This document shows positions 31,101 to 32,000 of a stretch of DNA of 32,000 bases, piece by piece. Source of the DNA: Chlamydiota bacterium (GTDB lineage Bacteria > Auribacterota > JACPWU01); contig JACPWU010000042.1 of the NCBI GenBank assembly GCA_016196885.1, positions 9,724 through 41,723 on the forward strand, read 5' to 3'. How positions within the stretch are numbered: the stretch's first letter is position 1; every line of letters starts with the position of its first letter. The translations under genes were made by a program, and so were the position numbers. Below the pieces are notes generated by a model that saw only the letters and a program-made list of their open reading frames with translations, was not told the DNA's origin and made no database searches.

Positions 31101-32000
31101 TTCTTTTTTACATTCCTGCGAGTAGATACCATCACGAGATGAATTTGGGGTTTTTAAAGAAGGCAAGATTAGAAAATTACGATGCAACGGCAGCGAGTCT
31201 CTTTTCAACGATGGCGAGCCTGTTTTCAAGAACCTTAAACTCTTCAAAACTAACTTTGCCCTTCAGATCATTTTTGATCAATCTTACATCCGATTCGATG
31301 CGATTATTACTTTCTTCGAGTTTGGCGATCCTTGCTTCGATGCGCAAATTGCTTTCTTCAAGCTTGGCGATTCTTCCCTCGATCTTGGTGAATCTCTCCT
31401 TGGTTTCATACCGAAAGCTCAGCAGGCTATTGGAAAGAGCCTCGAATCTTTTTTCAGATTTTTCTGACTCTTCATCAACTTTGTTGCGAAGGGCAACGAC
31501 GTTTTCTCCAACAGCCTTAAACTGGCTTCGCATTTCTTCGATAAGAACGGCATTGTACCGCTGGATATCGTCTGTCGGAAGAGGTTTTGGAGATTTCTTT
31601 TCTTTCATGAAAGGAATCTTACATCCTGAGTCAAATCGAGTCAATTGGAATAATGGATCAGCAGATGTCGTGACCCCATTGCCAAAACGAACTCCCTCCG
31701 CCATGAAAGAATATAGCGGAGAGGATAAAGATGTTGCAGCGTTTCATGAGCGCTATAAGACTGAAGCTGGGTCTATTGGGGGAGAGCAGCTGGAGAGAAT
31801 TCGTACAAATGTGATTCGTGCCTGGGGAGACCTTTCTCGAGAAGGCCTTAAAGCCCTGAGGGAATTGGGGCTTACGCGGGATGGGGTCATTGAGCAATTT
31901 CGGAGAATAGATAATAGAACTGAGATAAAAATTGGGAAAGCGAACTATGCCGTGAACATTCACTGGCGGGAGGGCCCTTATGAATTAAAGGGAGTCAAAC
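22148..32000 (+). CDS. Giant multidomain protein, 3' end outside the window (at least 3,284 codons with no stop). Coding is confident for 22148 to about 31140; the stretch 31177-31700 conflicts with a minus-strand ORF.
   Basis: Hand translation of frame 2 finds no TAA/TAG/TGA from 22097 to 32000. The translation is protein-like and purine-rich throughout 22148-31140. Motifs: IIHIQDVHCHFEAQ / IGLEAAGGE / YTGGFHTDG; ELVANGIDA + IGRFGVGAF; about 10 x (PFQIGEKWFV...VDPETG.I.VP); LRENVQNARDA + VEDKAGTDIG + GIMGQGVY; THELSHF; C-terminal TM helices. Confidence 0.85.
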   Translation, partial: MFSIYHKIISIRFWAAVICISFSIQSLFLDTGWAQERMMDVGSSKLEGKAERTVVPSNIQPLSSNVNVSTKLGDILERHQGSSDKLIIHIQDVHCHFEAQSNSAKIMNELMKEHEAHGLKMIGLEAAGGEVDTSKFTAFPDPAIRKMLAEYLMKEGKISGAEYLSIVKNKPLPLQGIENMKEYFTHLVQFDRGQELKSKAEPILQGIEKRIEGLKEEIYSKEVKEILKENERYASGKIELGDYVEYLISCFANRTSNIEHRTSNQTESEVRSPKYDVRVTHPNIDLMLQMSEIEKNLDLKAVEEERIKVIEELSKSLVKEEVIELMTKSLYYRLEKMDAWEYYEYLKKLIERNTEGQRSRVKDQENRDQSNSPLKVRGDGGVMKDKGSYINLTQYIQMTELYHQIDSNVLMKECEELSQSVLDQTLKSPEEKGLHKIEEDFALLKNLIEIELKKSQYKIYLENKERVTFKSIVERINEIAVQESKGINSPRSPLKIRGEEKQETEEYSPLKMRGAGGVNILAKTQDTITYLDQHLKDTEAFYEYSDTREKSLVENTLTKMEEEKSPIAILYTGGFHTDGMMERLKKEGASYVVIAPRITEFKLKTPYLSIIKNEPNELEKAIKGIQKKEGSNLAPLKHGVDINALRGLMERLPLNDPRKETIQRVIDADKTLDLMAIFFVELLYVAQLWEAQTPEIHLQEIYDSMMEKWKGLIGDVFEKQIGKKVIFNIQGASRSKNGAFYIPIRIEGGEGLYLKLTQETKFDDVKEYPEKYLVTGLPHSAANDYIQRHLPEDLRKNKDEIKNYPQHSYLNPTTIGKTVQARVIPIPGLFEATGQLGHIGLGQVYGEPVIYVDADYDPRKAKTEGEDAETVLNHEAYEITGWESKSIELGKTPSQMRMWIQDSNHFEEAKAYAKKLHESAPSVDEIIKKRRGSLQGCIEQHLAMAQEIYEDEEGDINLEAGMDEKNGVLFLQGEESERVLQTEDQWIPLDGLIGYLRQVTGETGGRDYGEWFDHPESLAQAVQSFGGEPARVGPLIHQQSDYENQAAVELVANGIDAMLALAQGKFPIGRFGVGAFQVLQELEHEDDEVVWTSSRDGITAWRVTVKLKDNRYVVRFSKVTQGVSQGTKVQVHHQLYAKKQQKDLKDYLEEKLRYNNKVKIMVNGVHINSLEGLTYQNGGSLNYEMAGQINILIDEHGYIVTDDGTGMDAEAIYTKLLLPRVGQGYRGKPDGESSADHTRLFYRQSEKSPREKTKVRVGILVSGVQIEGFEIEGYNLPQDFVLELPYWTHLTEGRNKISLDELTLEALEITLDKIFHAPSNLQPQLVNAYALLLKHFAEDSARRDLVEELKIIFIQKIGNWKKAQPNKICLPNEEGFMAVQLPEHYEANYLDTWANPLRPQEIVGVQKVKEWRSNRGYSLWTIPMADAKDPYFISGKYIFVDESLYRTQEDVPAAIDLVVNPVDVDYGIPEEPYGSLEPAEESIKIKTLAEKTKSEVMAPDLQEKWDALLGLSSSQKREVREFIRHYGPENHEAVMKWLERLQSFSNLDGWTEVFSKILPGNMRMDSKKREGQGFYFIGTPFQMGEKWCVVVCQKKEEPRKLAEINPANGYITVPKGATGFYNIRTPFRAGENWFVTVEREKDGPQSFAKVDLATGLVELSRGANGFLSIGKPVQIGQKWFVITGGQHGYIASLARFDPETGIVKVPDGANSFNGMSEPFQMGNQWFVNVTIVNLQSLHAIARIDEERGIVAVPDELGNFDIVETPFEIGNKWHVIVKKEGFYTLAKVDPGSGQITVPEDANGYYYVNGPIRIGKNWFVQVQKEKDGPHTLAKIDFRDGSIILPKRETTNFRYIDSPFQIGEKWFVGVGGHPSNLGSAFASVDPETGEISLPSSWVEAIDHFGSILDQKTCIQIGEKWYAKVGEGVRGPWTLAEVDPNTGRITIPGHAQWFSIIRVPFQLGTKWVVEVSEKLTDPHAFAEVDPENGLMRIPYGARYLKSINGPFSLVEKQYLHAKENSYDDSEFMISISATPFRQGEWGELEFSTVEKSLRELYILFHDVPGSRERYLENLFYLPARFSDLFESDFFHRLLALFPTDLLQHLSPKTAGVLTGVLKTMTTSRVQGSFLSFFDRVDLGSLNETALEAVIHRWVSIWNIVGSNVNARNSLLEGLERYPDFLSSEFDVQGVQDLSLMLYMWILRGEEEGMGEKKSPHLTRRDITRSITDIPLAKIIQAYRENPSGVRGIQSLADYEQYLQAVQKKKTDAVESEIASAQEGQDTTDQLYLRENVQNARDAMDEKEIEGPVEVDSYIEKGTENWVVSVEDKAGTDIGTFLSDFFVPDLTTKKGKGLAGIMGQGVYTNFLDFDELRIKTGTGKNGKAYYAVLHRDRSGKIILKSLEEVNDSYQGTRIERVKRQWNIEESAVWNALTASNLRRYVGGVSDREILFRGNRMNDPLTVLSEVKTKWGTLSIKLSKAGYRRVTQKGLYLQTPNEEYLALVPEKYKKMLLERGLNIDLPPELSLTRSRTTLAKKGKNKKAIQQAVAKGVLEAIVRLYLEEGVIPPGLSEDYFDSPVIHGGGLTNFERYAREAVGTFGEGKEVKGDANFINQGKWAQVKFEKYLIQEKDSDELKEKKSRSLAYLMSLIEVEQGGETTSLEKMRQTFLNAMRGKQSVESLKSKHRGLEKYLKQSEELVNRKVAAIDTPRRDIDLKKEEPYPGVRKFVELTQIGLQALGRSDIQVGVYEREESRLADFGDHLLMWNLLRIKTELAALNNILSGEASAIEKNKFFRWFLHYLTHELSHFADQGKASHQKDDSLVGLLAWNQKELLKKFLNAKLSWDEIERRLNSGDTVFNSATSEAGMAPLMSLVLNWFGIPREKQAGYEQVGYLAAFIIIVASIVASTPLLMQGFLGMMGVAGIFILIHPLSYFVIRIFEKLLGCQLMPQGPPLKGMVLGAMKVALANTLSLIPAYLLYMNSHPALAIVALLFYIPASRYHHEMNLGFLKKARLENYDATAASLFSTMASLFSRTLNSSKLTLPFRSFLINLTSDSMRLLLSSSLAILASMRKLLSSSLAILPSILVNLSLVSYRKLSRLLERASNLFSDFSDSSSTLLRRATTFSPTALNWLRISSIRTALYRWISSVGRGFGDFFSFMKGILHPESNRVNWNNGSADVVTPLPKRTPSAMKEYSGEDKDVAAFHERYKTEAGSIGGEQLERIRTNVIRAWGDLSREGLKALRELGLTRDGVIEQFRRIDNRTEIKIGKANYAVNIHWREGPYELKGVK
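22907..22980. repeat. Palindromic/tandem-repeat element (family F, CGTACATCG...CGATGTACG) lying in frame inside the giant ORF.
   Basis: cgtacatcgaacatcgaacatcggacatcgaac...gtccgaagtacgaagtccgaagtacgatgtacg. 9-bp perfect terminal inverted repeat, with internal 7-nt (catcgaa x4) and 14-nt (gtccgaagtacgaa x2) direct repeats. Translated as RTSNIEHRTSNQTESEVRSPKYDVR. A related cgatgtacgaagttcgacgtacg occurs intergenically at about 1893-1917. Confidence 0.7.
23257..23294. repeat. Minimal family-D palindromic element in frame inside the giant ORF.
   Basis: TAACTCCCCTCTTAAGGTAAGAGGGGATGGGGGAGTTA. Termini TAACTCCCC/GGGGAGTTA with inner stem CCCCTCTTA/TAAGAGGGG. Translated as NSPLKVRGDGGV. Confidence 0.8.
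23608..23702. repeat. Family-D palindromic element (double inner hairpin) in frame inside the giant ORF.
   Basis: taactcccctcgatcccctcttaaaataagaggggaagagaaacaagagacggaggagtactcccctcttaaaatgagaggggctgggggagtta. Translated as NSPRSPLKIRGEEKQETEEYSPLKMRGAGGV. Confidence 0.8.
26864..28275 (+). repeat. About 10 (+1 degenerate) tandem coding repeats of ~46 aa (~138 nt) within the giant ORF; beta-propeller-like.
   Basis: The core recurs at roughly 26885, 27023, 27161, 27299, 27440, 27572, 27714, 27876, 28012 and 28151: PFQMGEKWCV, PFRAGENWFV, PVQIGQKWFV, PFQMGNQWFV, PFEIGNKWHV, PIRIGKNWFV, PFQIGEKWFV, CIQIGEKWYA, PFQLGTKWVV, PFSLVEKQYL. Each is followed by ..LA(K/E)VDP.TG.I.VP.GA. Confidence 0.85.
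31177..31608 (-). CDS. Coiled-coil protein (hypothetical), antisense to the open plus-strand frame. The start could also be the ATG at 31704.
   Basis: MKEKKSPKPLPTDDIQRYNAVLIEEMRSQFKAVGENVVALRNKVDEESEKSEKRFEALSNS...IEGRIAKLEESNLRIEARIAKLEESNNRIESDVRLIKNDLKGKVSFEEFKVLENRLAIVEKRLAAVAS. Clean heptad-like periodicity, TAA stop at 31177-31179, and a purine-rich minus strand here, unlike the flanks. It cannot coexist with a conventional reading of the giant ORF. Confidence 0.5.
   Translation of the reverse strand: MKEKKSPKPLPTDDIQRYNAVLIEEMRSQFKAVGENVVALRNKVDEESEKSEKRFEALSNSLLSFRYETKERFTKIEGRIAKLEESNLRIEARIAKLEESNNRIESDVRLIKNDLKGKVSFEEFKVLENRLAIVEKRLAAVAS

Noticed and set aside
22266-31247. About 30 short ORFs (60-150 aa) listed by the track between 22.2 and 31.2 kb, most of them on the minus strand.
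   Set aside because: All lie within the uninterrupted plus-strand frame-2 ORF, whose translation is protein-like and repeat-structured. The short ORFs are its shadows.
31658-31963. Minus-strand ORF of 101 aa at the right edge.
   Set aside because: The translation is compositionally odd (FPNFYLSSIIYSPKLL..., Cys/His/Trp-rich tail). It is antisense to a purine-rich, protein-like plus frame and is probably a shadow ORF.
22148-32000. The 9.85-kb stop-free frame might reflect stop-codon reassignment (alternative genetic code).
   Set aside because: The frame contains none of the three stop codons, so no reassignment is needed. Neighbouring genes end in TAA, TAG and TGA, and the prfB frameshift site uses UGA as a genuine stop.
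1-32000. A search by eye for rRNA, tmRNA, RNase P, riboswitch, transposase, integrase or phage genes.
   Set aside because: None was recognised. Intergenic space is almost fully accounted for by the palindromic repeat families and the single tRNA. Absence is based on visual inspection only, not covariance-model searches.

Overview
Bacterial chromosomal window, moderately AT-rich by eye. The lnt, secA and frameshifted prfB genes indicate a diderm-type cell, probably from an uncultured lineage. 0-12 kb, minus strand: two small Zn-ribbon genes, a HIT hydrolase and a complete archaeal-order A/V-type ATPase operon (H-I-K-E-C-F-A-B-D). 12.5-18.4 kb, plus strand: secA, lnt and prfB (classic CTT TGA C +1 frameshift). 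18.4-20.1 kb: a RelE/HigB-like + XRE-HTH pair and an RHH + MazF/PemK-like pair flank tRNA-Pro(GGG). 20.1-22.0 kb, minus strand: a DCC thiol-oxidoreductase / lipase-maturation-factor fusion membrane protein. Main result: plus-strand frame 2 has no stop codon from the TAG at 22094-22096 to base 32000 (first ATG 22148, at least 3,284 codons). The supplied ORF track omits this giant ORF because it is not closed by a stop inside the window; the track shows only its short shadow ORFs. Its translation is modular: N-terminal signal/TM-like segment, TIKI/TraB/ChaN-like module, two paralogous sacsin/Hsp90-like GHKL modules, about 10 tandem ~46-aa repeats (propeller-like), an HExxH motif and a C-terminal multi-TM anchor. 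Three palindromic repeat elements sit in frame inside its 5' part. Near its 3' side the open frame runs antisense through a well-formed minus-strand coiled-coil ORF. The whole window is dense with at least five families of palindromic (REP/MITE-like) elements. They fill nearly every intergenic gap of the ATPase operon, overlap several stop codons, and bracket atpI as a ~110-bp inverted repeat. No rRNA, CRISPR array, transposase or integrase was recognised.
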